In this document: positions 36,548 to 48,705 of the stretch, one piece after another
How the letters are laid out: every line of letters starts with the position of its first letter
Position numbering within the stretch: the stretch's first letter is position 1
From: Oceanispirochaeta sp.
Lineage (GTDB): Bacteria; Spirochaetota; Spirochaetia; DSM-2461
Reading direction: 5' to 3'
NCBI GenBank assembly: GCA_963666275.2
Contig: CAXXOA010000001.1
Span: 1,280,001 to 1,344,000 of the forward strand
Length of the DNA stretch: 64,000 bases
Made by a program: the position numbers and the translations under genes
Notes under the pieces: model-generated
Told to the model about the DNA's origin: nothing
What the model saw: the letters and a program-made list of their open reading frames with translations, nothing else
Databases searched by the model: none

Positions 36548-38011
36548 ATGTCCCTGGATTACTTCGAACTGAAAGAGATGCGGAAAAAACACCCCGCCTG
36601 GCGGCTTATGGCGGCGGAAAACAGTCCCTTGATTGCCGGTTTCCTGGACCGGATCTTTTCAGATGCAAAGATCCGGCAGATCAGCGAAGGAGAAATTCTT
36701 ATGCTTCTGGAGGATTATCTGTATTCTCTCAGAGAACTGGAATCGGAAGAGCGATTTCCGCGGACCGCAGGGGAATATCTGACTGAATGGAGCCGTAATG
36801 AACGGGGCTGGCTCAGAAAATTCTATCCTCTGGGGTTTGATGAACCCCATTTCGACCTTACCCCGGCCAGTGAAAAAGCTCTGCAATGGATGAGAGAACT
36901 CTTCGAACGGACTTTCATCGGCACCGAAAGCCGTTTGTACTCTAGTATTGAACTTCTGAAGCAGATCATCCATGGGATGGAAGAAAATGAAGAGACCAGG
37001 ATCGGGAGGTTGGAAGAGCAAAAGAAACAGATCGACCTGGAGATACAGAAAATTCGGGATGGTTATGTGCCTCTGCTTAGTGAACGGGAAGTACGGGAGC
37101 GATTTCTTCAGTTCCAGAGGCAGTCGGGTGAATTGCTCAGTGATTTCCGTGCGGTGGAACAAAATTTCAGGAATCTGGACCGGGATATCCGGGAGAAAAT
37201 AGCCTCATGGACAGGAGAGAAGAGTTCGCTGCTGAAGATTCTTCTGGGAGAGAGAGATTCCATTTCCGGTTCTGATGAAGGTCAGAGCTTTTCCGCATTC
37301 TGGGGATTTCTCATGTCTTCCGCCAGCCAGGAAGAGCTATCGGATCTTCTGGATGCGGTATGTTCCCTGGAATCAGTTCAAACCCTGGAAAATCCGGACC
37401 GTTATAAACGGATACATTTCGACTGGATGCTGGCAGGAGAACAGACTCAGAGAACAGTTGCACGTCTCAGTCAGCAGCTTCGGCGATTTCTGGATGATAA
37501 AAGCTATTATGAGAACCGGAGAATCAGCCGCCTGCTGGACGGAATTGAACAGAAAGCCATTAAACTCAGAGATGCACTTCCCGAGGGGGATTTTATGACT
37601 CTAGACGGCTTTCGCCCTGAAATCCATCTTCCCATGGAGCAGCCCCTATTTTCTCCTCCCGTTTCTGATGTCCTTAAAGCGGAAGTGGAAGAACCAGATT
37701 TTAACGTTCTAGACGATCAGGTCCTTTTTAATCAGGTGGTGGTGGATAAACTTGTCCTGAAAAAACAGATTCAAACCTGTCTGGAAACCAAAGACCAGGC
37801 TTCCCTCTCGGAAGTTTTAGAGGAATTTCCCTTGGAAGAAGGATTGGCTGAACTGATAAGTTACCTTTCTCTGGCAGAAGAGAGCTTAACCGCTTCTGTT
37901 GACGAACAAGTCCGGGAAAATATCCAATGGATCGATAGAGCCGGGATTTTAAGAACAGCCCGAATGCCCCTTATTCTTTTTCAGAGGAGACGAGATGGAC
38001 AGTCAGGATAA
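36548..38011 (+). CDS. jetA: Wadjet JetA (DUF3375)
   Basis: HPAWRL, GWLRKFY, GTESRL, SDEGQSFSAFW; operon order. Confidence 0.9.
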   Translation: MSLDYFELKEMRKKHPAWRLMAAENSPLIAGFLDRIFSDAKIRQISEGEILMLLEDYLYSLRELESEERFPRTAGEYLTEWSRNERGWLRKFYPLGFDEPHFDLTPASEKALQWMRELFERTFIGTESRLYSSIELLKQIIHGMEENEETRIGRLEEQKKQIDLEIQKIRDGYVPLLSEREVRERFLQFQRQSGELLSDFRAVEQNFRNLDRDIREKIASWTGEKSSLLKILLGERDSISGSDEGQSFSAFWGFLMSSASQEELSDLLDAVCSLESVQTLENPDRYKRIHFDWMLAGEQTQRTVARLSQQLRRFLDDKSYYENRRISRLLDGIEQKAIKLRDALPEGDFMTLDGFRPEIHLPMEQPLFSPPVSDVLKAEVEEPDFNVLDDQVLFNQVVVDKLVLKKQIQTCLETKDQASLSEVLEEFPLEEGLAELISYLSLAEESLTASVDEQVRENIQWIDRAGILRTARMPLILFQRRRDGQSG

Positions 38012-38597
38012 GAGTACCGTGTTTTCCCTATTGCTGATAAAACTCATGAAGTCGGTGATGAACAGGGATGATAATCCCGTTCAATGGCAGCAGCTTCTTC
38101 AAAATCAGGGAGATCTGAGTGATTATCTGTCCCGGATGGCTCTGGAGTTGGTGATTTTTGAAGATGAAGGGTTCGCCTATTTGAAAAACAGGGAAGAGGA
38201 AGGGGGAGAGGAAATGCCTCGGATGATTGCCAGGAGACCCCTGTCTTATCCGGTCAGTCTTCTCATTGCCCTGCTCAGGAGAAAAATGGCTGAACACGAT
38301 GCCGGCAGCGGGGAAGTCCGTATCATTTTGGACAAACAGGAAATTGTAGACATGATGGCCGTATATTTTCCTTCGGGCATGAACGAAGTACAGTTTGTCC
38401 GTAAGGTCGATGCTTATTTGAAAAGAGTGATGGATATGGGGTTTCTCCGCTATCTGGGAGAAAACAGAGAAAAAATGGAAATTAAAAGGATATTGAAGGC
38501 TTTTGTTGACGCCCAGTGGCTTAATGAATTTGATCAGAAGATGGAAGAGTATACCGCTTACAAGGGAAAATCTGAAACGGTGGAGATAGCCGAATGA
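37995..38597 (+). CDS. jetB: Wadjet JetB (DUF4194)
   Basis: [28 protein letters not shown]. Confidence 0.9.
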   Translation: MDSQDKSTVFSLLLIKLMKSVMNRDDNPVQWQQLLQNQGDLSDYLSRMALELVIFEDEGFAYLKNREEEGGEEMPRMIARRPLSYPVSLLIALLRRKMAEHDAGSGEVRIILDKQEIVDMMAVYFPSGMNEVQFVRKVDAYLKRVMDMGFLRYLGENREKMEIKRILKAFVDAQWLNEFDQKMEEYTAYKGKSETVEIAE

Positions 38598-41500
38598 ATG
38601 AAATGGACGGATTTCTTGAGTTTTCCGATGATGATCGTCGGGCGGGATTTCGTCTTCACAGACTGGAGATGTTCAACTGGGGAACCTTTCATAAAAGTAT
38701 CTGGGAATTTCCCCTGGACGGCAGCAATGGCCTTCTGACAGGAGACATCGGTTCGGGAAAATCCACACTGGTGGATGCTTTGACCACACTGCTCGTTCCA
38801 CCGGGAAAAATACGGTATAACAAGGCGGCCGGCGCTGAGAAGAAGGAACGTTCTCTCCGATCCTATGTTATGGGCTATTATAAGTCCGAACGCAGTGATG
38901 AAGGGCATGCGGCCAAACCCGTTCCCTTACGGGCTCGAAACAGCTATTCCGTGCTTCTGGCCGTATTCAGAAATGAAGGATTCAATCAGACAGTAACCCT
39001 CGCCCAGGTATTCTGGCAGAAAGACAGCTCCGGTCAGCCCTCCCGATTCTATCTGGTTTCTGATGATGAGCTGAATATCCGTGATCATTTTTCTGATTTT
39101 AATGGAGACATCAATGTTCTCCGTAAAGCCCTCCGTAGCAGAGAACATACGGAACCCCCTTTTGATAACTTTCCACCCTATGGTTCAGCCTTCCGGCGCC
39201 GGTTTGGTTTACAGAATGAACAAGCCCTGGAGCTCTTCCATCAAACAGTGTCTATGAAATCTATTGGGAACCTGACGGCCTTTGTTCGGGAGCATATGCT
39301 GGAAGCCTTCGATGTGGAACCAAGACTTGAGGCTCTGATCACTCATTTCGATGATCTGAACCGTGCTCACGCAGCAGTACTTAAGGCGAAGGATCAGATT
39401 GCCAGACTGACACCTTTAGCCGCAGATCTGGATACCCATGACGAGCTTAGGCAACAGCTTCTGAAAGACAGGACGTGCCGTGATGGGCTGGAACCCTATT
39501 TTTCCCGTAAAAAACAGAAGCTTCTGGAAGAACGTATCCTTGGCTTGGAAGAGAAACAGCAGAAGAAAGCTCTATCCCTCGCTTCTATGGAAGAGGTGCA
39601 GTTACAACAGGAAAACGAACGAGATAATCTGAAGAAAGCGATCTATGAAAATGGCGGAGACCGTCTGGAGCTGCTTAAATCCGAGAAGGGAAAGGCCATC
39701 GGCGAGAAGACAAGGTGTTTTGAACGCTATGGGGAATACCTGAAACTGGCACAGCAGCTGGACCTTTCCGAACTGCGTTCGTCGGAGGATTTCATAGACA
39801 ACAGGAAAGCCGCTGAGGGATTTCTGGTAGAACTGGAAGAGCAGAGCCGGGAAGGGGAGAACAGAAAAACAGAAATCACCGTTGAATTTGTTGATCATAA
39901 AAAACAGCACAATGATTTGAGTCATGAAATTGAGTCACTCCAATCAAGGAAGAGTAATATTGAATCCAGACAGCTTTCTATAAGAGAGAGACTCTGCTCC
40001 GAACTAGGCCTGGACGAAGAAGAGCTGCCCTTCGCCGGGGAGCTTATCAAGGTTCGTGAGAGCTGTGCCGAATGGGAAGGCGCTATAGAAAGAGTACTCA
40101 GGAATTTTGCCATGAGTCTTTTGGTTCCCGATAAGTTCTACAAAGATGTGGCCTTGTGGGTTGATCGAACCCATTTGAAAGGCCGCCTTGTATTCTTCAG
40201 AACACCGGAAAGTCGGGAAAGGCAGCTCTATGAGCATGCGGATGATTCCTTATTGAATAAAATTGACCTAAAGAGCAGCCATCCTCTGGGGAACTGGCTG
40301 GAAAAAGAGCTTCATAAACGTTTTGATTACAGTTGCTGCGATACCATGGAAAGTTTCCGCCTGGCCAGTAAAGGGCTTACCAGAATGGGGTTGATGAAAA
40401 GCGGAGGAGCCCGTCATGAAAAGGATGATCGGCACAGAATTGACGATAGAAGCCGTTATGTTCTAGGTTGGATCAACCGTTCTAAACTGAATACCCTGGG
40501 ACAAATGCTTCGGCAGTTGGAAAAGAAAATGCAGGATATCAGCAGTAAAATGGCCTCTTTGGATAAAGAGGCAGGACTCAGGGATGACAGGAAAAAAACT
40601 GCCATTGGACTCGGGCATTATACACGGTTTGAAGAACTCCACTGGCAGCCACTGGCAGAAAGAATCGATAGTATAAATAAGGAAATCAGTCAACTCGAAG
40701 CCAGCTCGGATATCCTTAATACCCTGAATGTCCGTTTGGAAGCTCTGGAATCTGCACGCCGGGAAATGAAAGAGGCTCTGGTCAAAGCCCGGAAGGATTT
40801 GGCCACTATTGAAGAGAAAATCCGGAATTTCAGGGAACAGAGGGATCAGGCTGAAGCTTTAGCGGAAGAGTCGGAAACAAATTCTGACGAATGGTCCCTC
40901 TTGATTGAGCCTCTTATTGATGAAGCCCTTGAAGGTCGCCGTTTTACCGTTGAAAGTTGCGATGCCAGACAGCATGAGCTTCGTAACTGGCTGCAGAGCC
41001 GTATTGATGCCGTTTCGAAACGTCTGGATCGGCTAGGGCAGAAAATTGTCCGGGATATGCAGGATTTCAAACGGGATTATCTGAGCGAAACCAGCGAAAT
41101 CGATGCTGTTATAGAGGCCGGCAGTGAATTCAGATCTATTCTGGAGCGACTGAAGCGGGACGATTTGCCTCAGTTTGAACAACGTTTTAAGGAACTTTTA
41201 AACGAAAATACGATTCGTGAAATCGCCAACTTTCAGGCACAGCTCAACAGAGAGAGGAAAGAGATTGAAGACAGGATAGCAAAAATAAATCGTTCCATGT
41301 CTTCCATTGAATACAATAAAGACCGTTATATACTCCTGGATGTAATGAATTCCAACGATGTGGAAATACGGCAATTCAGACAGGATCTGAGAAGCTGCAC
41401 CGAAGGCAGCCTGGATGGAAATAGGGATGAACAGTATACAGAACGGAAATTTCTGGAAGTAAGGAAGATCGTCGACCGCTTCCGTGGGCGGGAAGGGAGC

Positions 41501-41968
41501 GCAGAATTGGACCGGAAATGGACAAAGAAAGTTACGGATGTACGAAACTGGTTCGACTTTGCCGCTTCGGAACGCTGGAACGAGGATGACAGCGAATATG
41601 AACATCATACCGATTCTGGGGGGAAATCGGGGGGACAGAAGGAAAAACTGGCTTATACGGTTCTGGCCGCCAGCCTGGCTTATCAGTTCGGACTGGAATT
41701 TAATGAAGTCCGTTCCCGAAGTTTTCGATTCGTGGTTATCGACGAAGCATTCGGTCGTGGATCCGATGAATCTGCTCGATACGGACTGGAACTCTTCAGG
41801 AAATTGAACCTCCAGCTCCTTGTGATTACTCCGCTTCAGAAAATTCATATCATCGAGCCTTTTGTCTCCAGTGTGGGATTTGTTTCAAATGAAAATGGAA
41901 AAAGATCCCTCCTGCGGAATTTCACTATCAAAGAATACCGACAGCGGAAGGAAGAGCTTATTCAATGA
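38594..41968 (+). CDS. jetC: Wadjet JetC SMC-like ATPase
   Basis: [14 protein letters not shown], long coiled coil, KSGGQ, VVIDEAF. Confidence 0.93.
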   Translation: MNEMDGFLEFSDDDRRAGFRLHRLEMFNWGTFHKSIWEFPLDGSNGLLTGDIGSGKSTLVDALTTLLVPPGKIRYNKAAGAEKKERSLRSYVMGYYKSERSDEGHAAKPVPLRARNSYSVLLAVFRNEGFNQTVTLAQVFWQKDSSGQPSRFYLVSDDELNIRDHFSDFNGDINVLRKALRSREHTEPPFDNFPPYGSAFRRRFGLQNEQALELFHQTVSMKSIGNLTAFVREHMLEAFDVEPRLEALITHFDDLNRAHAAVLKAKDQIARLTPLAADLDTHDELRQQLLKDRTCRDGLEPYFSRKKQKLLEERILGLEEKQQKKALSLASMEEVQLQQENERDNLKKAIYENGGDRLELLKSEKGKAIGEKTRCFERYGEYLKLAQQLDLSELRSSEDFIDNRKAAEGFLVELEEQSREGENRKTEITVEFVDHKKQHNDLSHEIESLQSRKSNIESRQLSIRERLCSELGLDEEELPFAGELIKVRESCAEWEGAIERVLRNFAMSLLVPDKFYKDVALWVDRTHLKGRLVFFRTPESRERQLYEHADDSLLNKIDLKSSHPLGNWLEKELHKRFDYSCCDTMESFRLASKGLTRMGLMKSGGARHEKDDRHRIDDRSRYVLGWINRSKLNTLGQMLRQLEKKMQDISSKMASLDKEAGLRDDRKKTAIGLGHYTRFEELHWQPLAERIDSINKEISQLEASSDILNTLNVRLEALESARREMKEALVKARKDLATIEEKIRNFREQRDQAEALAEESETNSDEWSLLIEPLIDEALEGRRFTVESCDARQHELRNWLQSRIDAVSKRLDRLGQKIVRDMQDFKRDYLSETSEIDAVIEAGSEFRSILERLKRDDLPQFEQRFKELLNENTIREIANFQAQLNRERKEIEDRIAKINRSMSSIEYNKDRYILLDVMNSNDVEIRQFRQDLRSCTEGSLDGNRDEQYTERKFLEVRKIVDRFRGREGSAELDRKWTKKVTDVRNWFDFAASERWNEDDSEYEHHTDSGGKSGGQKEKLAYTVLAASLAYQFGLEFNEVRSRSFRFVVIDEAFGRGSDESARYGLELFRKLNLQLLVITPLQKIHIIEPFVSSVGFVSNENGKRSLLRNFTIKEYRQRKEELIQ

Positions 41969-43146
41969 ACTGGGGAACCGCCTTTGAGGTCCGGAAGACA
42001 CTTATAAAACGTTGGGATTCAGGAGCTTTAATCAGGCAATTGAAAACAGAAGGACTGGACTTTCCTTTTCGATTAGCTCTGAAAAAGCCTAACTCAAAAG
42101 AACTGAGCGAATTTTTTGAGCAAGTCAGGAACTGGAGCCTGGAGTTGGAAGAACAATGCTTCAACGCTTCCTGGGAACTTGAAAAGACTGAAGTGAATCA
42201 CAGACTGCTGGGGCGCAACCGGATACCCTCGGCCCTGGTCTTTGCAGATTCAAACGCAATCCTGGAATGTATTGGAAAACGGAAAGTTTATGAAGCGTAT
42301 CTCCAATTATATACAACTTTAACGGATCCTTTTCCCGAACTGGAGGAGTGGGCTCTTCAGAAACCTCATCAACTTCTGGAACAGAAAGATGAACTGGAAC
42401 GGTTAATCCGAATACTGAAATGGATAAAAGTCCATCCCCGTCCGGGAATCTATCTGCGGCAGTTAGCCCTGGATGGAGTGGATACAAAATTTATCGAAAG
42501 GAAACGGGGGATTTTATCCGTATGGTTGGATCGGATACTGGAAGAATCGGCTATTGATGTAAAGTATTCCGGAGTTCGGCATTTTGCAAAGCGTTACGGA
42601 TTTCTTAGTAAGCCCGAACTGATCCGAATGTTGTTTCCCCATGTTTCTGACAGCCCCAGCGGTTTCAGCGATCTCAGTGTACGATCTGACGAGTTCTGTC
42701 AGAGGCCTATACGCATAAAGAGAGTCATTGTTATTGAAAACGATATTACTGCCCTGGCCTTCCCTACGCTGCAGGATAGTCTGATCCTATTTGGACGCGG
42801 ATATGATTTCTCCGCTCTTGAACAGGCTGACTGGCTGCAGGAAAGAGATCTCTATTATTGGGGCGATCTGGATACCCACGGATTTGCCATACTTTCTCAG
42901 TTCCGCGGGGTTTTTCCACAGACCCGCTCTCTGATGATGGACCGGAAAACTCTTCTTGATCATAAAGATCTTTGGTCGGCTGAAGAGAAGCCAGTTAAAA
43001 TGCTTCCTAATAATCTGACACCTTCTGAAAAATCTCTTTTCAGAGATCTGGCAGCAGACAAATACGGAAAAAATATCCGTTTGGAACAGGAGTTGATCAG
43101 TTATCCACATATTGTAGATTCTTTGGAATCTTATTTTTCTATGTAA
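41965..43146 (+). CDS. jetD: Wadjet JetD Toprim nuclease (DUF3322/DUF2220)
   Basis: [26 protein letters not shown]. Confidence 0.92.
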   Translation: MNWGTAFEVRKTLIKRWDSGALIRQLKTEGLDFPFRLALKKPNSKELSEFFEQVRNWSLELEEQCFNASWELEKTEVNHRLLGRNRIPSALVFADSNAILECIGKRKVYEAYLQLYTTLTDPFPELEEWALQKPHQLLEQKDELERLIRILKWIKVHPRPGIYLRQLALDGVDTKFIERKRGILSVWLDRILEESAIDVKYSGVRHFAKRYGFLSKPELIRMLFPHVSDSPSGFSDLSVRSDEFCQRPIRIKRVIVIENDITALAFPTLQDSLILFGRGYDFSALEQADWLQERDLYYWGDLDTHGFAILSQFRGVFPQTRSLMMDRKTLLDHKDLWSAEEKPVKMLPNNLTPSEKSLFRDLAADKYGKNIRLEQELISYPHIVDSLESYFSM

Positions 43147-43175
43147 ATAAGCAGCACCCTCTAACAGTTTAAAGA

Positions 43176-43533
43176 TCAGGTTCTAAAGCGTCCGAAGTTC
43201 TGCTGCAGTTCTTCTACAATGGTATTCAGTTCGCCCGACATGGAAACCATCATCTGAGTGGAATCCGCAATTTCCTGAATGCTTGTTCTGGCATCGGTCA
43301 TTTCCCATGCAACCGAACGGGAGGCATTCCGCATTTTGGAAGAGCTGTCCAGCATCATTTCTGTACCCTGTTTGATATCATTGGATCCCTGCCGGATCGA
43401 AAGGGTAATGTCATGGATGTTGTTGGAGGATTCCAGGATTTTCTGGCCTCCCTGATCCAGTTCCTCCACGGACTGTATAATTTCGGTAAAGGCATTGATT
43501 GTATAGTTAACCTCTTCTGCCACCAGTTCAATG
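43176..43533 (-). pseudogene. 3' fragment of a methyl-accepting chemotaxis protein
   Basis: MCP-like heptads ending ...LNTIVEELQQNFGRFRT; 5' part replaced by barrel-gene/IS66 sequence. Confidence 0.7.
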
Positions 43534-43660
43534 GCCCAATCTGGCCGTTCTGCCCGTGCAGAACCAGTCTCCCTCGGCAGAGGAATACGGTAAGCGTCAA
43601 ATAAACCGCATCTAAAATTCTCCAAGTCATCCCGGTACAATCTCCATCAGGAGATTTACT

Positions 43661-43960
43661 ATGAAACAATACACAATGGATCAGCGCTTAGCTCTTTTGG
43701 CAGAGTGGAAACAGTCCGGAAAATCTGTAAGTCAGTTCTGCCGGGATAAAAAACTGAAAACAACGACATTCCACGGATGGCAAAAGCGGTATAACCGGAA
43801 AACTCAATCCTTGATTGAAGTTCCGATGAAAAGGCCCTTAGATAAAGAAATGGGATCCATTGAATTGCAATGGAAATCCTACCGGATAAAACTGGATCGG
43901 AACTTTGATATAATCACATTGAAGAAACTGCTCCAGACCCTGGAAGAGTGCAATGATTAA
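43661..43960 (+). CDS. tnpA: IS66 TnpA
   Basis: WKQSGKSVSQFC...TFHGW HTH; first IS66 ORF. Confidence 0.85.
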   Translation: MKQYTMDQRLALLAEWKQSGKSVSQFCRDKKLKTTTFHGWQKRYNRKTQSLIEVPMKRPLDKEMGSIELQWKSYRIKLDRNFDIITLKKLLQTLEECND

Positions 43961-44300
43961 GGATTTCTCCCAAGTCAAAATATTTATCCGTCCCGGTGTT
44001 ACGGATATGAGAAAAGCTATAAACGGTTTGGCTGTAGAGGTTCAAGATGAGATGGCTCTTGATCCTTTTTGCGGTTCTCTTTTCATGTTCTGTAATAAAC
44101 AGAGACGGATTCTGAAGGCCCTCTATTGGGATCAGACAGGGTTCTGCCTCTGGCAGAAGCGTTTGGAAAAGTACCGTTTTCCCTGGCCGGATACGGAAGA
44201 AGCTGCAAAAGCCATCAGCTTTGAAGAACTCTCTATGCTTTTAAAGGGTATTGATTTCTGGAAGGCTCATGAATCATTGAAATATTCAGAAATTGCCTGA
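43953..44300 (+). CDS. tnpB: IS66 accessory TnpB
   Basis: TDMRKAINGL, LYWDQTGF.LWQKRLE. Confidence 0.92.
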   Translation: MIKDFSQVKIFIRPGVTDMRKAINGLAVEVQDEMALDPFCGSLFMFCNKQRRILKALYWDQTGFCLWQKRLEKYRFPWPDTEEAAKAISFEELSMLLKGIDFWKAHESLKYSEIA

Positions 44301-44341
44301 AAGGAATTTACTCAAATTCCAGACTTTGCTAAAATTCTTTT

Positions 44342-45913
44342 ATGGATATTGCCTCTCTTCCTTTAGAAGCGCAAAGAGAATTCCTTTTGCTGAAACAGCA
44401 ACTCGCTGAATCAAAAGCCCAGAACCAGAACTGGGAAAAGAAATATCAGCTTCTTGAAGAGAAGTTGGCTTTGGCATTGCATCGTCAATTCGGTCGAAGA
44501 GCAGAAAATATTCCTGATCAGATTGAATTATTTGATACAGATGAAGCTGTGACTCCAGAGGAAGACAGTTCGGTAGAACAGCAAATAGATTCTTACAAGC
44601 GTAAGAAAACAGGCAGAAAGCCTCTGGATGAGAACCTTCCCCGTAAAGAAAAGATTATTGATATTCCTGAGGATGAAAAAACCTGTGCCTGCGGTACGGA
44701 ACTGAAGAAAATCGGGGAAGAGATCTCTGAGAAACTGCATGTGATTCCTCCCCGTATCTGGGTAGAGCGGATTATCCGGTTTAAATATGCCTGTGGTAAT
44801 TGCGAAGGAACCGCCGATGAAGATATTCCTGCTGTAAAGATTGCCCCTCCGGAGCCTTCCATCATCCCCAAAGGGATAGTTACTCCCGGTCTGTTGGCAT
44901 TTCTGATGGTAAACAAGTACGTGGACCATCTTCCTTTTTACCGACAGGAAAAGCGGTTTGAGCGAATGGGAGCCCGGATTAGCCGTCAGAATATGAGTAA
45001 TTGGCAAAAAAAGGCTTTTGAAGCTCTTCTCCCTCTCTTCGAACTGCTGAAAATACATACAAAATCCGGTGTGGTTCTTCAAATGGATGAAACAACCGTA
45101 CAGGTTCTGAATGAACCATGTCGGGATAACAAACAAAAATCCTATATGTGGCTGGCCAGAGGCGGTCCTCCGGGACAACAAGCTGTTTATTATGAATACC
45201 ATCCGACACGGGCATCGGAACATGCAAAGAATTTTCTCACAGGTTTTAAAGGGTATCTTCAAACCGATGGATATCAAGGATACAAAACCGCGGTAGAAGG
45301 CAATCCCGATATACATCTGGTAGGTTGCTTTGCTCATGCCAGAAGGAAGTTCTTTGAGGCTGATAAAGCCAGTAAAAAATCTAAAAGTGCTCTGGAAGGA
45401 ATCAAGCATATCAAGAAGCTCTATGCCTTGGAAAAAGATCTAAGGAGTAGAAAATTATCTTCTGAAGATTTCCTGGAACAACGGAAAAGCAAGGCTGAGC
45501 CTATTCTTGATGCATTTAAACGATGGCTGGATAAACGTTCTGAGAATATTCTACCGGAAAGTGCTTTGGGAAAAGCGGTTCACTATGCATTGAATCAATG
45601 GGATTATTTGATTCGATATCTGGAAAGCCCCTATCTGACTCCGGATAATAATGCCAGTGAAAATGCTATTCGTCCTTTTGTTCTGGGGAGGAAAAACTGG
45701 CTATTTTCCGGGAATCCCAAAGGGGCAGACAGTTCCTGCGGGATGTATTCTCTGATTGAGACTGCAAAACAAAATAATTTGAATCCCTTTGATTATCTGC
45801 ATTATGTTTTCTCTAAAGCTCCGCTCATCAATAATGAACAAGAATGGGAAGAATTATTACCATGGAATTTAAAAGATAACATTACGGCTGATAAAGGGCC
45901 TGTGTTTATTTGA
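44342..45913 (+). CDS. tnpC: IS66 transposase TnpC
   Basis: HLPFYRQ, DET, QTDGY, CFAHARRKF, DNNASENAIR, LLPWN. Confidence 0.94.
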   Translation: MDIASLPLEAQREFLLLKQQLAESKAQNQNWEKKYQLLEEKLALALHRQFGRRAENIPDQIELFDTDEAVTPEEDSSVEQQIDSYKRKKTGRKPLDENLPRKEKIIDIPEDEKTCACGTELKKIGEEISEKLHVIPPRIWVERIIRFKYACGNCEGTADEDIPAVKIAPPEPSIIPKGIVTPGLLAFLMVNKYVDHLPFYRQEKRFERMGARISRQNMSNWQKKAFEALLPLFELLKIHTKSGVVLQMDETTVQVLNEPCRDNKQKSYMWLARGGPPGQQAVYYEYHPTRASEHAKNFLTGFKGYLQTDGYQGYKTAVEGNPDIHLVGCFAHARRKFFEADKASKKSKSALEGIKHIKKLYALEKDLRSRKLSSEDFLEQRKSKAEPILDAFKRWLDKRSENILPESALGKAVHYALNQWDYLIRYLESPYLTPDNNASENAIRPFVLGRKNWLFSGNPKGADSSCGMYSLIETAKQNNLNPFDYLHYVFSKAPLINNEQEWEELLPWNLKDNITADKGPVFI

Positions 45914-47178
45914 CGCTTACGGAATACGAAGTAGGCCCGGCATTCACTGCTATTATCCGCTCCTATCTGGAGCGGTCCCTGATTTTCAATCTGGTGGACG
46001 AAGAGCTCCGGGATGAGATGATCGAAGAGATCAAATTCTCCCTTTCGGGACTGGCTTCCGGGGAGCTTGAAACCGGCGGGATCAAGCTGGCTGAGTACTT
46101 CCTGGTGGGCAGCGTCACCGAGCTGGGAGCAGACTTCCGCCTTACCCTGCAGCTTGTGTCGGTGGAAACCGGCGAGGTTGTGGGAAGCGCCGGTAAGGCT
46201 ATTCCCAAAGAAGAGGTTTTTGAAACCTCCGAAGCCTATACCGCCGCCTATGTGAGCCCCTACGGACTGGGAATCGAGTTCGGAGTGATCCCCTGGGCCA
46301 CTACCATGGGAGAGATGGCCCAAAGGGAAGGGCAGCCCCATCCCCAGGAGTTTAACCTCTTTTCCATTATGCTCCATTACAGGATCCGCAAGTGGCTTGT
46401 GGCCTGGGGCGGTCTGGCCCTGGCTCCGGGAGCTGTCCGGTTTGACAAGTCCTATAATGAGAAGGGCATTAATCTGGATGCGGAGGACGTGGAGAATATG
46501 GGAGCCGATCTTCCCGAGGGATCAACGATAACCTACTCCAAAGACAGATCTCCCTATTTTTCTCTCCATCTGGGAGCCGGGTATGTATGGAACTTTTCTA
46601 AAACCCTGAACCTCACGGCCGGGGCGGAGCTGAGTATGGCCCAGACCTTTCTGGAACAGGAATACACTATACCACTGGATGATACCCAGATGTCCTACGG
46701 AACCTATACGGTGACTTCCAATGATATTTCCCTGTATACAATCGCCCCGACTTTAAAGGTACAGTATTTTGTGACCCCCCGGGTGGCTTTTCAGTTTACC
46801 TACCAGTTCAAATATCAGATGAATAAGGATACCGAATCCACCAACTACTTTTTCCGGGACGGCTCCTACGGGGACGGAGCTCCGATTCCGGAACTCTATG
46901 ATCTGGATCCTACGGTTGATCCCTATGGCGAGAAGCATATCACCGATATGTCGGGCCATACGGTTAATATGGGGGTGGGGTTTTATTTTTAGATTAGAAA
47001 GACGAATATCTCTCTTTATGCATTATCCTATTCCTGAATATTTGGCATAGACTGTGAAATATGACTATTCTATAGAAAAATCCCATGACACAGCCATTGT
47101 GAACTGGAAAGGGAATGAATTTTAAACATCCCCTGTAAAGGGAGAATGGAATGAAACACAAGAGAGGAAATTGATCAT

Positions 47179-47643
47179 ATGAAAAAAACCGATAAACCGA
47201 AATTTTTTGAAAAATATGCCTGGATCCTTTTTCTTATCATAGGATTTCTGGTTCTTATAGGCGCCATACCCCATACCCTTGGAAACAATACCGATCCGGG
47301 ACTAGTGATAACCATCAGCGGTTACACCATCGAAGAGCTTCAAGCATCCTATCCTGATATTTTCAATCTCTACGATTTCTATTTCAGAGGCGGCGGACTA
47401 TCGGATCTGGGCTTTGCCGTGCTTATGATCGTCCTTTCCTTAACGGCCTTCAGGACCGGGCAGAAATGGTCCTGGTACACATTCTGGGTTTTTCCGGCCT
47501 ACTTTCTCAGCTGGATCTTTCTCTGTCTGCCGCTCCCTGAGGAAGCCAGGGCAATGCTGATCCCCCCTCTAACTGTGCTGACTGCTGTGTGCACCATCGG
47601 ATTGATTTTACCTGTCAGAATCTTTCTGGGAAAGGAGAAATAA
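47179..47643 (+). CDS. Membrane hypothetical protein
   Basis: Four hydrophobic helices; RBS. Confidence 0.65.
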   Translation: MKKTDKPKFFEKYAWILFLIIGFLVLIGAIPHTLGNNTDPGLVITISGYTIEELQASYPDIFNLYDFYFRGGGLSDLGFAVLMIVLSLTAFRTGQKWSWYTFWVFPAYFLSWIFLCLPLPEEARAMLIPPLTVLTAVCTIGLILPVRIFLGKEK

Positions 47644-47766
47644 AGACTCAGAGCTCCCCAGGCATCCTGAAACAGCATCAGAATTGCGGTCTTTAATGGG
47701 GAGGGAATAGATTAAAAATCTGCAGGAAAACTCCTCAGGAGGGAGAATTCCGGGTATAGTATCCCC

Positions 47767-48636
47767 ATGCATTTTAAAGAGGCCAAAGGCATATTATCCC
47801 CGAAAAACGGCATGAATCTCAGCCGGGGCTGTACCCACGGGTGCATCTACTGCGATTCCCGCAGTGAAATCTACGGGATGGACCATGATTTTGAGGATGT
47901 GGAGATAAAGGTCAACGCACCGGAACTGCTGAGAAAGAAGCTTGCCTCCAAAAGAAAAAAATGCATGATCGGCACCGGCTCCATGAGCGATCCCTATATA
48001 CCTGTGAAAGAGAGCCTGGCCAATACGCGGGCCTGTCTGGAGATTATCCAGGAATACGGATTCGGCGTTACAGTCATAACGAAATCCAGACTGATCCTGC
48101 GGGATCTGGATCTGCTGAAAAGCATTAATGAAAAGTCTAAATGCATTGTCCAGATGACTCTTACCACCTACGATGAAGATCTCTGCCGCATCCTGGAGCC
48201 CCGGGTTTCTACAAGTCGGGAAAGGTTTGATACCCTGAAAATCCTGGGAGACCATGGCATTGATACGGTCGTCTGGCTCTGTCCCATCCTGCCCTGGATC
48301 AATGATACGGCAGAGAATATCCGGGGACTCCTGGAGTACTGCCGGGAGGCCGGGGTAAAAGGGATTCTCTGTTTCGGCATGGGGGTCACTCTCCGGGAGG
48401 GGAACCGGGAGTATTTCTATGAGCAGCTGAGGAAAAGCTTTCCCGGCCTGGAAGAAAGATACAGAAGAACCTTCGGTAACAGCTACAGCCTGGGCAGTGA
48501 AAGGAACAGAGAACTGATGGACCTGTATCACAGGTTCTGCCGGGAAGAGGGAATCCTTCACGATAACGATGAAATATTCCGGTATCTGGCAGCCTTTCCG
48601 GAGAAAGAGGACAATTCCCAGCTGTCTCTGTTCTGA
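47767..48636 (+). CDS. Radical SAM protein (spore photoproduct lyase-like)
   Basis: RGCTHGCIYCD; SDPY; TKS; C-terminal QLSLF. Confidence 0.85.
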   Translation: MHFKEAKGILSPKNGMNLSRGCTHGCIYCDSRSEIYGMDHDFEDVEIKVNAPELLRKKLASKRKKCMIGTGSMSDPYIPVKESLANTRACLEIIQEYGFGVTVITKSRLILRDLDLLKSINEKSKCIVQMTLTTYDEDLCRILEPRVSTSRERFDTLKILGDHGIDTVVWLCPILPWINDTAENIRGLLEYCREAGVKGILCFGMGVTLREGNREYFYEQLRKSFPGLEERYRRTFGNSYSLGSERNRELMDLYHRFCREEGILHDNDEIFRYLAAFPEKEDNSQLSLF

Positions 48637-48705
48637 GGGGGAGGGAACTGCCTGCTTCCGGGATGCTCAGAATACAGAGGTTTGGAAAAGGACGGGAAGG
48701 GAATG

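Larger units (their letters stand above)
43590..45920 (+). mobile_element. IS66-family insertion sequence with 8-bp target duplication
   Basis: 17-bp perfect IR GTAAGCGTCAAATAAAC; GGAATACG at 43582-43589 and 45921-45928. Confidence 0.95.
43534..46992 (+). pseudogene. Second, diverged copy of the 35168-36433 gene, 5'-truncated and interrupted by IS66
   Basis: 43534-43589 matches copy 1 (GCCCAATCTGGC...CAGTCTCCCTCGGC); 45921-46992 continues it with mostly synonymous changes. Confidence 0.88.

Noticed and set aside
43176..43640. 154-aa intact gene
   Set aside because: N-terminus derives from IS66 and the antisense barrel gene; only the MCP 3' fragment is real
45910..46992. Independent 360-aa gene
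   Set aside because: Start lies in the IS66 inverted repeat; it is the interrupted duplicate, lacking a signal peptide
47042..47058. Second sigma54 promoter (TTGGCATAG...)
   Set aside because: No TTGC at the -12 position
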